Below are positions 1 to 12,993 of a stretch of DNA of 64,000 nucleotides, piece by piece. The notes beneath the pieces were generated by a model. That model was not told the DNA's origin and ran no database searches. It saw nothing but the letters and a program-made list of their open reading frames with translations. The first letter of the stretch is position 1, and each line of letters opens with the position of its first letter. The position numbers were made by a program, and so were the translations under genes. This stretch comes from Octopus sinensis. Its lineage: Eukaryota. The stretch lies in contig NC_042999.1 in the NCBI RefSeq assembly GCF_006345805.1, positions 115,506,001-115,570,000 of the forward strand. The letters run 5' to 3'.

Positions 1-14
1 ATATAATATATATA

Positions 15-78
<64 letters not shown>

Positions 79-84
79 CACACA
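1..84. repeat. (AT)n/(AC)n microsatellite
   Basis: Direct reading of the sequence. Confidence 0.95.
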
Positions 85-140
85 CAGGGTGGCCCAAAAG
101 TAGGTTTTCAGTCATTCAACTATCTCTTTCGCATTCATAT
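85..140 (+). mobile_element. Possible isolated Tc1/mariner-type terminal inverted repeat
   Basis: CAGGGTGGCCCAAAAGTAGG resembles CAGGGTG-starting Tc1/mariner termini; no partner end found in the window. Confidence 0.35.
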
Positions 141-249
141 ATTCATAACAGTTTAGATCTTATTTATAAAAAAAATGTGAAACCATTATTCTATGCTAAT
201 TTCATTAATTTGGTCAAGCTCCCTTTTCAGTTTGTAAGATAGAAATTTA

Positions 250-1375
250 AATGTAATAAAATGTTTTAGGAGCTTTTTAATCCCACCAATGTAAAATATT
301 TTGGTTTCAACTCTGAAATGTCAGTTTCGACGTCCTCCTGGCTTGCGAAAGTTATGTCTCCCAAATGATCCTGTACACTACGAAACAAATGGTAGTCTGA
401 AGGAGCAAGGTCGGGAGAATAAGGTGGATGAGGAATTTTTTCCCAACTAAGCTCTTCAATCTTCTGTGATGTGATCTTTGCAGTGTGGGGTCGCACATGT
501 TCCTGATGAAACATTACTCCTTTTCGATTCACTAAAGCGGGCCTTTTTTTCTTCAAAGCTTGGTTCAAACGCTCTAATTGCTGACAGTAGACTTGAGCAT
601 TGATCGTTGCATTAGGTGGTAACAATTCAAAGTGAATTACTCCTTTGCAATCCCACCAGATAGAGAGAAGAACCTTTTTCCCATAAAGTTCCCTTCTCGG
701 TTGTGGTTGAGCTTTTCCCCTTTTACCAAGCCTCTGTTTACGACGTTTAATATTTCGATAGAAAATCCATTTTTTGTCACCAGTCACAAGTCTATCCAAA
801 AAGGGTGAAATGAGTTCGCGAGAATGGAGAGAAGAGCAGATGTCAACTCGGGATTTGCGGTTGCTTTCGGACAATTCAGGAGGACCCCATTTTCCAAGTT
901 TAGGAACCTTTCCAAGTTGTTGAAGATGACGATGAACAATTGTATGGTTAGAACTAACCTTTTATTGCCAATTCTTCAACTGATAATGCAGAATTTTCTT
1001 CAAGTAATGCCTCAAGGAGCTTATCATCAAACTCAACTGGATGTCCTGTTCAATCTTCATCTTCAAGGCTGAAATCTCCACTTCTGAATTTTGCAACCCA
1101 TCTCCTGCAAGCTCTTTCATTCAAGCATTCTTTCCCATAAACTGAGTGTATATTTCAAGTCGCTTCGGCTGCAGAGTCTCCTTTTTTGTACTACGTGCCT
1201 TAAATGTATTTTTTGCATTACGTGCCTTAAATGCTCTTTGGATACTTCCATGTTAGAAAGGGTTTTAACCAAAGAAATTTTAATTCTATTATTCTATAAA
1301 ATAATATTTAATTAGTTTAAATGTACACAGATGCATAAAATAATTTTTACTTCCATTAGACATTCTAATATACTA
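250..1375 (-). mobile_element. Mariner (DD34D) transposon relic with disrupted transposase
   Basis: ORF 266-874: LVTGDKKWIFY, KKVLLSIWWD, VMFHQEHVRPH, HPPYSPDLAPSDYHLF. The frameshifted N-terminus runs from ATG at 1251 (MEVSKEHLRHV...WVAKFRSGDFSLEDE) and contains a small duplication of TTACGTGCCTTAAATG. The C-terminus is truncated. Confidence 0.93.
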
Positions 1376-1825
1376 TTAAATTTCATTCAATTTTAAAAAA
1401 TGTAAAATCGGCTTGATGCCCGATCATGATGTTAATGGGATGACCTGATAGAAGGCCACCTTGGTAAATTCTCCACCACGTTATTCTTTTAAGTCTAAGG
1501 TCATCATCATCCAATGTACTATAACCATCAGGAGTTGTTGATAGTTTGCAGTCGTAACAGTTGCAGGGTGGTACCACACAGATAACTAGCGTGGTGCCAC
1601 TCTGCATCTGATGCAACTTCGTCTCAACTGAGTGGACTGGAGCAACGTGAAATTAAGTGTCTTGTCTGAGGATACAATGCACCGACTGGTTCACGAATCG
1701 AACCCACAACATCATGATTGGGCACCCAACAGCATAACCACTGGGCCATGTACTTTAAGCTTTCATAAATTTTGGTTCATTTTATTTAACTGCTGGGAAA
1801 ATTTCTATTCTAAATATAGAATAAA

Positions 1826-3068
1826 CAGGGTGTCCCCACGAAATATATATGAACATTGAATGAGTATATGATTATAGAGCCAGTGTTTATTTTTATAAAT
1901 GCCTGTTTTCAAATTGATGATCGTTCTGGTCCAGGCACTGCTGATAACGCGAAGCAATAGAATAGCAAACACCAAGAAACATTTCATATTTGTGCGTATT
2001 CTTGTTCAATGACTTCTCTCATTCGCTGTTTCCGGTTTTGCTTTGTAAACTGTATCTTTTGAGTAGCCTCATCAGGAAAAGTCTAATGGTGTGAGGTCAG
2101 CTGAACACGGAAAGCATTCTATTGAACTTTTTCGTCCAATCCATCAATTTGGCAAAATCTCATCAAGGTAAGCTATTACTTTACAATGGTCGTGTAGGAA
2201 TGCCTCCATCTAGCTGGAAATAAAACTCTATATCTTCTAAGTCCTTTTGAATGTTTGGCATTCAATGGCATTGTCGCAGCAAGTTCAATTAAATAGGACA
2301 AGTCAAAGTACCATAAAAAAAGAATAGCCCGATTAATCTATTTGATAATCTATTTGATTAATCTATTTGATAAGCCACACTCTATTGTAATTCCTGATAA
2401 ATTAACATGATGTTCTCCGTAATATGCGAACAAACAGAACCTGATAGCACCTATGATTTCTATTCCTAAACTCACTTATGTTCTTTAAGTTTTGATTAAC
2501 AATGCTCCTGTGTCATTCATGAGAGAAGGCATTAAAATAAGACGATCTTCCCCAACAGTCATCAACAAGCTACCATTGTCTGTTTGACAAAGTCATTTAA
2601 TTTAAATGTAACCTCGTCACTCCAAGCAATCTTTGCTGGACAGTCAAGTACCACTCACAAAACACCACTTTTCGGTCCGAATCATCTTCATTGAGAGCAT
2701 GGACTGTTTTTGGAAGGTAACTTTTCCAATGACAGTGTTATGGACACTTGACTTTGAAATTTAGTATCCTACTACTCGCTTTACGCACAGATATTCTTGA
2801 ACGCTGACAATACATTTCTAGCACATCTTTTTTTTTTTTTTTGCTTTTGGGGAATGGTCAATGTCGTTGTTTTCCAGAACATTTCTTGTGGACATTCTGA
2901 ACAGTTCAATTTGTTTCACACTTATCTCTAATTTTAGTGTTAGTAAGTGGTGGATCTGTTTGAACCTCCTTCCTAAACTGCTTTTGCAGTTCAGCTGCAT
3001 TTTTGAGATTTCCAGTAGTATTTTAGGAGAAATCTCCTTTGTTTGAAGTTTAGTCTGGTTCCCTTCAT
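1826..3068 (-). mobile_element. Decayed Tc1/mariner transposon, DUF4817-HTH (rosa/DD41D-like) transposase pseudogene
   Basis: N-terminus from ATG 3068 (MKGTRLNFKQRRFLLKYYWK...). Broken catalytic motifs FYFQLDG, WIGRK, SADLTPLDF, KDTVY at about 1990-2230. TIR-like CAGGGTGTCCCC at 1826. Confidence 0.8.
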
Positions 3069-3094
3069 TATTTGTGTAATGAACAATGTGTAAG

Positions 3095-3310
3095 GTGTCG
3101 AGCTGATAGAATTATTAGCACGCCGGACAATATGCTTAGCGGCATTTCGTCCGTCTATACGGTCTGAGTTCAAATTACGCCGAGGTAGACAATGGCTTTC
3201 ATCCTTTCATGGTCGATAAAATAAATAGCAGTTAGCACCAGAGTCAATGTAATCAACTAACCCCTTCTTTCCAAAAGTTTCAGGCTTTGTGCCTATAATA
3301 GAAGAAATTA
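3095..3310 (+). mobile_element. tRNA-derived SINE, family A
   Basis: Head G-GAGCTG--AGAAT--TTAGC, B-box-like GAGTTCAAATT and body CCTTTC-GGTCGATAAAATAA; many homologous copies in the window. Confidence 0.8.
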
Positions 3311-4451
3311 TTTCTAGTGGGTTAACTCTTTTCCATGATGATTTTTCACAGTTGACAATTATTTTTCACTGATAAATTAATGGTACGTAGAGTTTTGCAC
3401 AGTAGAGATTTGAACCCCAAACGCAAAATCACCAGTTCGCTATCATTAATGAACCTCACCATTTTCACATGAGCAACCTAAATAACAGCCAATAAGCTTG
3501 AAGCTATGTTGGGAACATCGTCTTGAACGTTCTTGAGATTCGCACCCTTTCCTTCTAGTTTATCAGTTTAGCGCCTAAATCACCACAGAGAGTAGTTGGA
3601 AGCCGAAGGATTCATACCTTTCGTCAAAAGCTTGACTAGGACAGACCACTGCTGGCATTTCAAGCTGGGCATTTCTCAGCCCTCGTCAAGCAAATCAAGG
3701 AGGCAACTTCAACCACTTCGGCATTCTCCCATTTTCAAAATAACTATTGGCATAGAAAATACAGTTAAGTTGCTCCCTGCATCATAGTCTCATAGTAATT
3801 GATAATTTATGTATGTATACATGCCTAGCCTTCTTTTAATAAAATCTGTTGTTAAATGTTTGCGGGTTTGTTTTTCTTGTAATATAACCCACTGTCAGCC
3901 TTAACTCACACCATGATTGATATAGCAACACCATCAACTTTGACATTGACGCCACACGTACACCAACAGCGACAGTATCAATGCTGTTCTGTAAGTCAAC
4001 AGTGATTCTAATAAACAGAGGTAAACAGCAGCTTTGTGAACACAAAAAGAAGGATCAGCCGGATTTATTTCAATCCGGTATTGAAATTTTATTAATGATT
4101 CGGCGCTTTTCTTCTTAAAAATCCACACAATGACTTCTTATAAACTCACTATTACTATTGGCTTAAGTAATTAGTAAGGTGGTCTCTCCGATTCTTTTAA
4201 TTTTATAGAAATAGTTGAGTAATGAGCTGTGACTGTGTAGACAGTTAAAAAGGGTACTCAGCCCCTGATGAAATTCCAAATTAGCAGTGAAACTACTCAC
4301 TTTTTTCTCTGTCCATGAGTATATTATATGTAGAGACAAAATGTCTACGTCCGTTTATGACTTAGAATGTTGACTAGAATCTATAAATATATTTTCTTGT
4401 AGAGGATAGAATTATTGGTTTGTTTATTCAACTGAGAATTCAAACTAGGTC

Positions 4452-4456
<5 letters not shown>

Positions 4457-4540
<84 letters not shown>

Positions 4541-4602
4541 CCCCCTTTTCTTTCTTTCTTTCTTTCATTCATTCTTTCTGTCTGTCTGTCTGTCTGTCTC
4601 TC

Positions 4603-4634
<32 letters not shown>

Positions 4635-4755
4635 TGTTAATTTCTTTGATAAGAGCATAAAAACTACTGTCTCATGCAAAATATAATTTACTGATATATG
4701 TGCGCACGCGTGTACGTACACATACATACATAATACATACACGCACACACACGCA

Positions 4756-4814
<59 letters not shown>

Positions 4815-4822
4815 CAATTTAA
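4457..4822. repeat. Compound (AC)n/(CTTT)n/(CTGT)n/(CT)n microsatellites
   Basis: Direct reading. Confidence 0.95.
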
Positions 4823-4989
4823 TAAACACAAGTTCAGCAAAAATTTAGATTCAAATGAATATGGTACTTAATTTAGATGCACCAGAATTCTGTTTGGTGT
4901 TATCCATAAAAATCCGTGGGGTGATTATAATCAAAGTATATGTTGCTTATTTTGAGTATATATATATATATCTTCCTATACTTATTTTA

Positions 4990-5160
4990 CTTATTGAATT
5001 GCAGTCATGATGGGGCACCGCGTTGAAGGGTTTAATCCATCAAATCCAGTTATTATTCTGTTGCGTCTAGTATTTATTCTATCGGTGTTTTTTTGCTGGA
5101 CCGTTAAGTTACGGGGGTATAAACAAACCAATACCAGCTATCAACCAACACAGACCCAAA
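4990..5160 (-). mobile_element. SINE family B, 3' half
   Basis: Reverse-complement similarity to the 3' part of the copy at 6003-6380. Confidence 0.65.
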
Positions 5161-5178
5161 GACGCACATATACACATG

Positions 5179-5268
<90 letters not shown>

Positions 5269-5282
5269 GAGAAAAAAAAACC

Positions 5283-5582
5283 AAGAACAAACACAAGAAA
5301 ACAAAAACAGCAACGCGCCGACGTGGTACAGGAAAAGTATTACATGACGTTCAGGGAAGGGAAGAAAAGTGGTTTTACGTTTCGAGCAAAGCTCTTCTGC
5401 AGAAACAGGAGACAGAGGATAGGCCAAGATAAACAAATATAGTATTATTGGACGCTCAGGAAAGAAGGGAAGAAGGAGGGTTTAACGTTTCAAGCGGAGC
5501 TCTTCGTCGGAAACATACGAGAAGGAAAGATCCCGAGAAGGGAAGACAGAGGGAAAAAAATCGCTAACGATGCACACGAGAT
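5283..5582 (-). mobile_element. Penelope-like element terminal (pLTR) fragment with two minimal hammerhead-like motifs
   Basis: Two GAAGAGC-n3-GCTYGAAACGT motifs. The downstream TTTCCTGAGCG-CCA-TA-TA is shared with the end of the GIY-YIG PLE at about 36990-37015. Confidence 0.65.
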
Positions 5583-5608
5583 CGTGTGTGTGTGTATATG
5601 TGTGTGTG

Positions 5609-5652
<44 letters not shown>

Positions 5653-5663
5653 GTTCTGTCTAA

Positions 5664-5826
<163 letters not shown>

Positions 5827-5850
5827 GTCTGTCTGCACATGTTTATTTCC

Positions 5851-5881
<31 letters not shown>

Positions 5882-6002
5882 CTCTTTCTCTCTCTTTCAT
5901 ATGTATATAAAACAAATTTTATTTTGAAAGACTAACGACGATGCATGACTTGAGAGTAAACGCTTGAGTAACAAAATTCGAAGAGCATTTTATAATTATA
6001 AC

Positions 6003-6380
6003 GAGGAGTGGCTGTGTGGTAAGTAGCTTGCTTACCAACCACATGTTTCCGGGTTCATTCTCACTGCGTGGCACCCTGGGCAAGTGTCTTCTACTTTAGC
6101 CTCGGGCCGACCAAAGTGGATTTGGTTGACGGAAACTGAAAGAAACCCGTCGTATATATGTATATATGTATGTGTGTGTATTTATGTGTTTGTGTTTGTC
6201 CCCCCAACATCACTTGACAACCGATAACTTACGTCCCCATAAGTTAGCGGTTCGGCAAAAGGGACCGATAAAATAAGTACTAGGATTACAAAGAATAAAT
6301 CATGGGTTCGATTTGCTCGACTAAAGGCGGTGCTCCAGCATGGCCACAGTCAAATGACTGAAACAAGTAAAAGAGAAAGG
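6003..6380 (+). mobile_element. tRNA-derived SINE, family B, near full length
   Basis: Head GTGGCTGTGTGGTAAGTAGC, GGTTCA-TC-CACTG, GGCACC-TGGGCAAGTGTCTTCTAC, tail AAGGCGGTGCTCCAGCATGGCC...GACTGAAACAAGTAAAAG; repeated throughout the window. Confidence 0.85.
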
Positions 6381-6474
6381 AAAAGATAGATAGATAGATG
6401 TAGAGATAGATAGACAGATAGATGTAGAGATAGATAGATAGATAGATTGATAGATAGATAGATAGATAGAGAGT

Positions 6475-6528
<54 letters not shown>

Positions 6529-6919
6529 GTAGGATCATAACCGCTCTCCAATTATATTTCTTTCTTATAGCTTTTCTGTTAATAACGTCTAATGTAAATG
6601 AAGAACATTGTGTATATCGCTGAAAATCTAAACCTAAAATCTTGGGTTACATTTCAGGCCTAAATAGTATTTTTATCAGTTTTTATTTACTGCCAGTTCT
6701 AATTATATCACAGCATATAAGAGGAGTTTCACCTTTCTCTATTATCGCACGCAGGAAAAGGTCATCCTGTAGCATATATTCTTTCTCTTAAAATCACAGT
6801 ATCAACCTCTTGTACCATCCTAGGCAAGGTACGGCCAAAACACTGTGAAGTCGGACAAGATACATATAAGTTGTGAGTTTTTAAGAAACCTCAAATCGAC
6901 TCCAAATTTTCATGTCAGT

Positions 6920-6981
6920 GTTACAACAACAACAACAACAACAACAACAATAACAACAACAACAACAACAACAACAACAAT

Positions 6982-7010
<29 letters not shown>
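6920..7010. repeat. (AAC)n microsatellite
   Basis: Direct reading. Confidence 0.95.
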
Positions 7011-7012
<2 letters not shown>

Positions 7013-7300
7013 TATGACAGGTTAGCTTGGGAAGTTAAGCAGTTGTGGTCGATGGAAAAGGTAGCAGTAGTAACAATAATTGTCGGAGCCCGGCAAATAG
7101 TGAGCAAAACTCTCGAGAAGTACGTGGAATAAATAGGGACTGCAATAAAGGTGGAGCACTTGCAGAAAACAGCACTGCTTGGAACCGCTCGAATACTTCG
7201 GAAGGTGCTCGAAAAATAAGAGGTGTTACTTTAGTTCACTGGTAGTGAGCAGCTGACACAGTAGTACATCACCAGTGTTAGATGCTGTGCAAAGGCAATG
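7011..7300 (+). mobile_element. 3' end of an RLE-type non-LTR retrotransposon (R4/Dong-like) with (AAT)n tail
   Basis: YDRLAWEVKQLWSMEKVAVVTIIVGA...LQKTALLGTARILRKVL, the typical RLE C-terminus, then a 3' UTR and (AAC/AAT)n at 7300-7387. Confidence 0.8.
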
Positions 7301-7323
7301 ATAACAACAACAACAACAACAGC

Positions 7324-7379
<56 letters not shown>

Positions 7380-7389
7380 TAATAATAGA

Positions 7390-8920
7390 AGTAGAACAAA
7401 TCTAGGAATGGCCTGGATTGACAATCGCAAAGCGTACGATATGATTCCACATTCGTGGATCATGGAGTGGAATGTAACGTATTTCCTGAAGAGAAACACG
7501 TTACATTACACGTTACAAGATATTTTGTCCCACAACTATACCAATGGTGGGGTGGAAAACTGAACTGACATCTTACGGAAAAAGCTTTGGCACCCTGGGT
7601 ATTAGAAGATGGATTTTCCAGGGTGATAGCCTATCTCCGTTGCTTTTTGTTCTCTGTATGATACTCCTGACATTGGTACTTAGGAAAATGAATCTGGGGT
7701 ACCAACTAAAGGAAAAATCCCAAACAATCAACCACCTCCTCTTCATAGATAATTTGAAACTGTATGGCAAAAATGAGACACAAGTGAGTTCCTTCGTGAA
7801 AATGGTCCACTGTTTTAATACTGTTATTAGAATGGAATATGGACTCAAGCAGTGCAGAATAATCTACCTAAAAAGAGGCACAAGTAGAATTACCGAATAA
7901 AGACTTGATTAAGCAAATTGAAATGGAAGGATACAAGTACCTTGGTGTACTAGAGTTCAACGAGATAATGGAAAAGGAAATGAAAGAGCAACTGAGGATG
8001 GAGTATTTCCGAAGACTGAGGTTGGTGTTGCGCTCAAAATCGACTGGATGGAATAAAATCCATGCAGTTAATACGTGGGCGATAGTATCACTTTGGTATG
8101 GAGCGGGAATTATAAAATGGCAAAAGAGAGAAGTGAAGAAAATGGATACCAAGACCACAAAATGTTGACAGTATACGGAGCCTTCCACCCTAAGAGTGAA
8201 ACCGATAGGCTGTACCTGTTCAGAAGAAAGGGTGGGAGAGGTTTGATCAGTTGCCAGACTGTATCGAAACAGCGGAAAACAGCCTAGGATGGTATATAAA
8301 AAATGCCGTGGGGCCACTGTTGAAACACACGAAGAAGGCCTGCGTCATCAATACTGAAAATTGTGTAACTAAAGAAAGATTTAAAGAAGAAATGAACAAA
8401 ACGGAAAAATGAAAAAGCATGGAAGGAAAAGAAAATGTACGGTCAGTTTGCAAGAGATGTGAACGCCAAGACAGATACAGAAGACCGGTGGCTATGGATG
8501 AAGAGGAGTGACCTGATGATAGAGACAGAAGTACTCATATGCACAGCTCAGGAACAAGCTTTAAGGACCAGTTATATGAATTGCAGAATAGACAAAACTA
8601 CCGATAGCGACAAATGCAGAATGTGTGGTGAGAGGGTGAAACGGTATGGCACAACGCGAATACAAAAGAAGCCATGGCAATGTGGCAAGAACGATCCATT
8701 GGAAGCTCTGTGGAAATCACGGCCTACAAAGAGCAAAGACGTGATATGAGCCAACACCAGAAGGAGCAACCGAAAATAAAAACTGCAAAATCCTGTGGGA
8801 TGCAATAATTCAGTACGATCACTTGACCAGACATTGGAAACCGGACATTGTTGTGTGATGAATAAAAAAGAAAGAACATGTATGATAATCGACACAACAT
8901 GCCCCAGTGACAACAACTCT
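7390..8920 (+). mobile_element. Degenerate RLE-type LINE (R4/Dong-like): RT, thumb, CCHC region and start of the endonuclease
   Basis: WIDNRKAYDMIPHSWI, FQGDSLSPLLFVL, HLLFIDNLKLY, GYKYLG, DRLYLFRRKGGRGL, AQEQALRT...KCRMCGE, ILWD...KPDIVV, spread over frameshifts. Confidence 0.92.
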
Positions 8921-8974
8921 TTTGTATGTGCATGTATGTGTATGTACGTGTATGTGTGAGTATGTGTGTGCATA

Positions 8975-9170
8975 TATTGGGTTCAAATTTGGACACAAGG
9001 CCAGCAATTTTACTAGGAGGGATAAGTCGATTACATCGACCCCAGTTCTCAGCTGAAGCTTATATCGACCTCGAAAGGATGAAAGGCAAAGTCAACCTCT
9101 GCGGAATTTGAACTCAGAATGTAAAGACGAATGAAATGGCGCTAACGATTCTGCCAGCTTGTCGCCTCCT
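8975..9170 (-). mobile_element. SINE family A
   Basis: Reverse complement of the family A motifs. Confidence 0.8.
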
Positions 9171-10572
9171 GTGTGTATATATTAATATATGTTAGTATAT
9201 ATGTATATATATATGTATATGTGTGCATGTATATAAATGTATGTGTATCAATTTATTAATCTTTACAAGGAATGACAGTGGCTTCGAAGTTTCGGCTTGC
9301 TTACTGTCACCAAACTGGCTTACATTGTATGTTCCTCGTTTTATATTATTTTTGGCAGGTTGTTCTTTTGGTAGCTGGAGTAATGTGAATGAAAATTCGC
9401 GGTGGTGTAGGTAAACAGGGAAAGTGGTTGCGCAGGAAGAGAGAAACAGCGCGCCATATTCCTGTTGTACTTTATTCTTTGCCATTCAAATATAGATTTT
9501 TAATATGGACACGCAAGTGATATAACTAAATAGCACAAAGCATTTTGTCCCACAACTATACCAATTATGCAACCGCTTTAAGAATCGACTATTGGCATCA
9601 GACTTGTTCAATAGCAGTAAATTGTCTACCTCATTGTGGCACGCACTAGATTCGAAAAGAGGCTTATGAATTGCAGACCAAACAGTTAAGTTGCTCACCA
9701 GTTTAGTTCTATTGACGTAGTATAACTATAATATAACCAATTATTGCAAACATCTAGGCTATTGACTACAGCACAGTGTTGTATCAAATCAATAGTATCT
9801 ATTATATAGCTAACCACTTTGATGCTTTCGTTTCTTTCTATATAATACTAGACATAAACATTCATTCCATTGACGCTGGACCTCTCACTAAACAAATTAG
9901 GTTGAAAAATAGTTCTAATTTGAGATTTCTCTTTCATATAAATCTGAGAAGTCAGTTTGAATTGAAATTACGAGAAATTAAATTTATTTCGGACATGAAA
10001 TGTTGCCAAACACGGAAAGTTCCCAAAGAATTAGATTGAGGAGGTGAGTGGCTAGGGATCCATCCAAGTTTATTGACGGCACATATAAAACTCCAATATC
10101 TTAATAATCAATTCGAATAAAGTATAAACACGTTCAGACAACACACACCCTACATTACAAACCACAAAAACTACGCACAAAATACACACGCACGCACACA
10201 TTCATACACTCACACACACATATACACATGCAGTTGTGAATATCTATCAAGTTTAATTCGGATTTGCACAGCAAATAAAGATTTAGTGCTCATATTGTCA
10301 AATAACGTTTCTGTATAAATTGAATAAACATCGATATTTTTATTTAGTAGAATAACAAAATTAAGAAAGGTTGTTGACTGACCCGGCATTTAATACACAT
10401 ACGCGTGCGGGCACAGACGCATCTTGTGTGTGTGTGTGTGTGTGTTGTGTGTGTGTGTGTGGTGTGTGTGTGTGTTTGTGTGTGTGTATGTGTGTTGCAG
10501 AGTACCTAAAACAATTGGTAAAATCATGTCACATGTTACCTCGTCATTCTTGTTTAGGAGTGACGGCTATGA

Positions 10573-10574
<2 letters not shown>

Positions 10575-10657
<83 letters not shown>

Positions 10658-10912
10658 CTCTCTCTCTCTCTCTCTCTATACATACATACATACATACATA
10701 CATACATACATACATACATACACATACACATATGTACACACACATATATGTACACGCACATATATCTGTGTGTGTGCGTACATGAATATATGTGTATATA
10801 TGTTCTCTAATCAATGTTTTTTTTGTCTCTGTCTTAATTTCATTTGAGCACTTTTTTGCAGTCCTATAAATACTTTTGTCTCCATAAAAAGAGGCAAAAA
10901 TTATTTCTTGTC

Positions 10913-10971
<59 letters not shown>

Positions 10972-11041
10972 AATATGTGTGTATGTATATACACATACAT
11001 ACATGTATATTCATGTATATACATACACATACACGCGCGCG

Positions 11042-11085
<44 letters not shown>
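10575..11085. repeat. Compound microsatellite block: (ATCT)n, (CT)n, (ATAC)n, (GT)n, (GC)n, (AC)n
   Basis: Direct reading. Confidence 0.95.
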
Positions 11086-11790
11086 AAGCGTACTGTTCCG
11101 TTATTGGTGAGATAAGCAAAGTACTCCATCCAGCGAGAGATAAAATGATATATATACATACGCGCGCGCACACACACACTCGAAAGAGTAGTAGAAAATA
11201 TGATTTGAAGACGATCATGCGGCAGTCACAGTAAGCTCCCCATTTAGAATCGGCTATCAGATTACGCAGTAATATCAATCACCATGAAATCTAATGAAAT
11301 ATATATGTGTAATTGAACAGCTATGAAATCCGAATAATGGTGTGTATGTTCAGCATTACACAATTGTATATTTACAAATTAATGCAATAATGAAACCTAA
11401 CTCATCAGATCACCGGAAACATCATGGTTATAATCATTATCGACCACTCATAGCGCACAGAGAAAGCGTGTTTGCCGGTAGGCTGCGATTTGGTGAGGTG
11501 GAGATCACTCTCTTAAAGCACCGAGTTTTAAAACACCTGAAAGTCATGAACAGGTGAGACAACTCACCCCACAAATCCCATTCAGAAGTGATGGATATCG
11601 ATGTTTTGTCATTTTTGTGATTATATCTACGATTCTATTTGTATTGTACATTGGTGCTAACATGTACGTATAATTTTGCAAACCGAAGTTAATAATACAA
11701 CATAAAGAAGGTTACGAAACGGCTGTAATCGTATGGAAGTTACTTAGAATAACAAGTTTATATTCACATCTCATACCTCCTAACTTTATG

Positions 11791-11868
<78 letters not shown>

Positions 11869-12294
11869 AGCGCGTGCTCTCCTTTTCAGAATACCCGGCA
11901 TTACCTAGGTTATTATTAATTGTTCTTAATGAAGGCATATTCGATTTAAGAAAACACTATCAGACCGTCCCTTGAAAAGTTATCTTCTACGCAAGAAAAT
12001 CAGTTTGTTATCTAAGTCTCTCTGCTACGGATATACAACCAATGTTAATAATATATATATTTCATAATTTAATTGTGTAAAATAAGTGTGAACACATGAT
12101 TAAGTAAGCGTGAACACATTCATTCTTGAAATTCTTTAATTCTTAAAGGAATTTGAAGAATGAGTAGAAACAAAAGTGTTGGGAATTAAATCGCTCATGG
12201 GAAATAAATTTCTTATAATGTGTGAAAACCGGCATACCTAAATGAAACCTTCATATCCAAATGTTGAAATACATGAAGTGATCTAAAATATTAC

Positions 12295-12500
12295 ATTGGT
12301 TTCAAATTTTGGCACAAGGCCAGCAATTTAAGGGGAGGAGGTAAGTCGATTACATTGACCCCAGTGGTTCAGCTGGTACCCCGAAAGGATGAAAGGAAAA
12401 GTCGACCTCGGTAGAATTTGAACTTAGGACATAAAGACGTACAAAAATGCTGGTAAACATTTTGCCCGGCGTGCTAACGATTCTGCCAGTTCACCGACTT
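12295..12500 (-). mobile_element. SINE family A nested in the Helitron
   Basis: Family A motifs, reverse complement. Confidence 0.8.
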
Positions 12501-12993
12501 ATCTAAAATATTATATTAAGAATTACAACGAGCCTCAAAATATATACATTTCGATATATAAGCCCCAATTATTCTGAACATTTTCATGTCAGTACCTCAG
12601 TACATACAAAGTTATTCGCTTTACGAACGGGAGCATAAATATAGAGATTATGGGACTAGCAGCTCATGAGTATTCTACATAAAATTATCCATTAGCGAAG
12701 CAGTTCAATAACTCGTAAAATTTGGCTATAGGATTTATTGATTAACTTGGCAAAGCGTAGATGTTCTGGAAACTGAACTATTCAAAATCGAAAGGACACA
12801 TCGTTAGTACGAGTGGAATTCTGGGTATAACTGTGTCCTCTCTTTTAATGTACCCAGTAACATTAATGGTCTCAGTAACACATGGTATAAGCTTCTTAAC
12901 TATTTGCATCGTGCTAATGAGTCGTTGCTGTGATCTACTTTACACAGCAACGCTATTAGAGGTACCTTTCTTTTAGATGATGTCTGTTTAATG

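Noticed and set aside
824-1072. 82-aa plus-strand ORF
   Set aside because: Antisense shadow of the mariner transposase.
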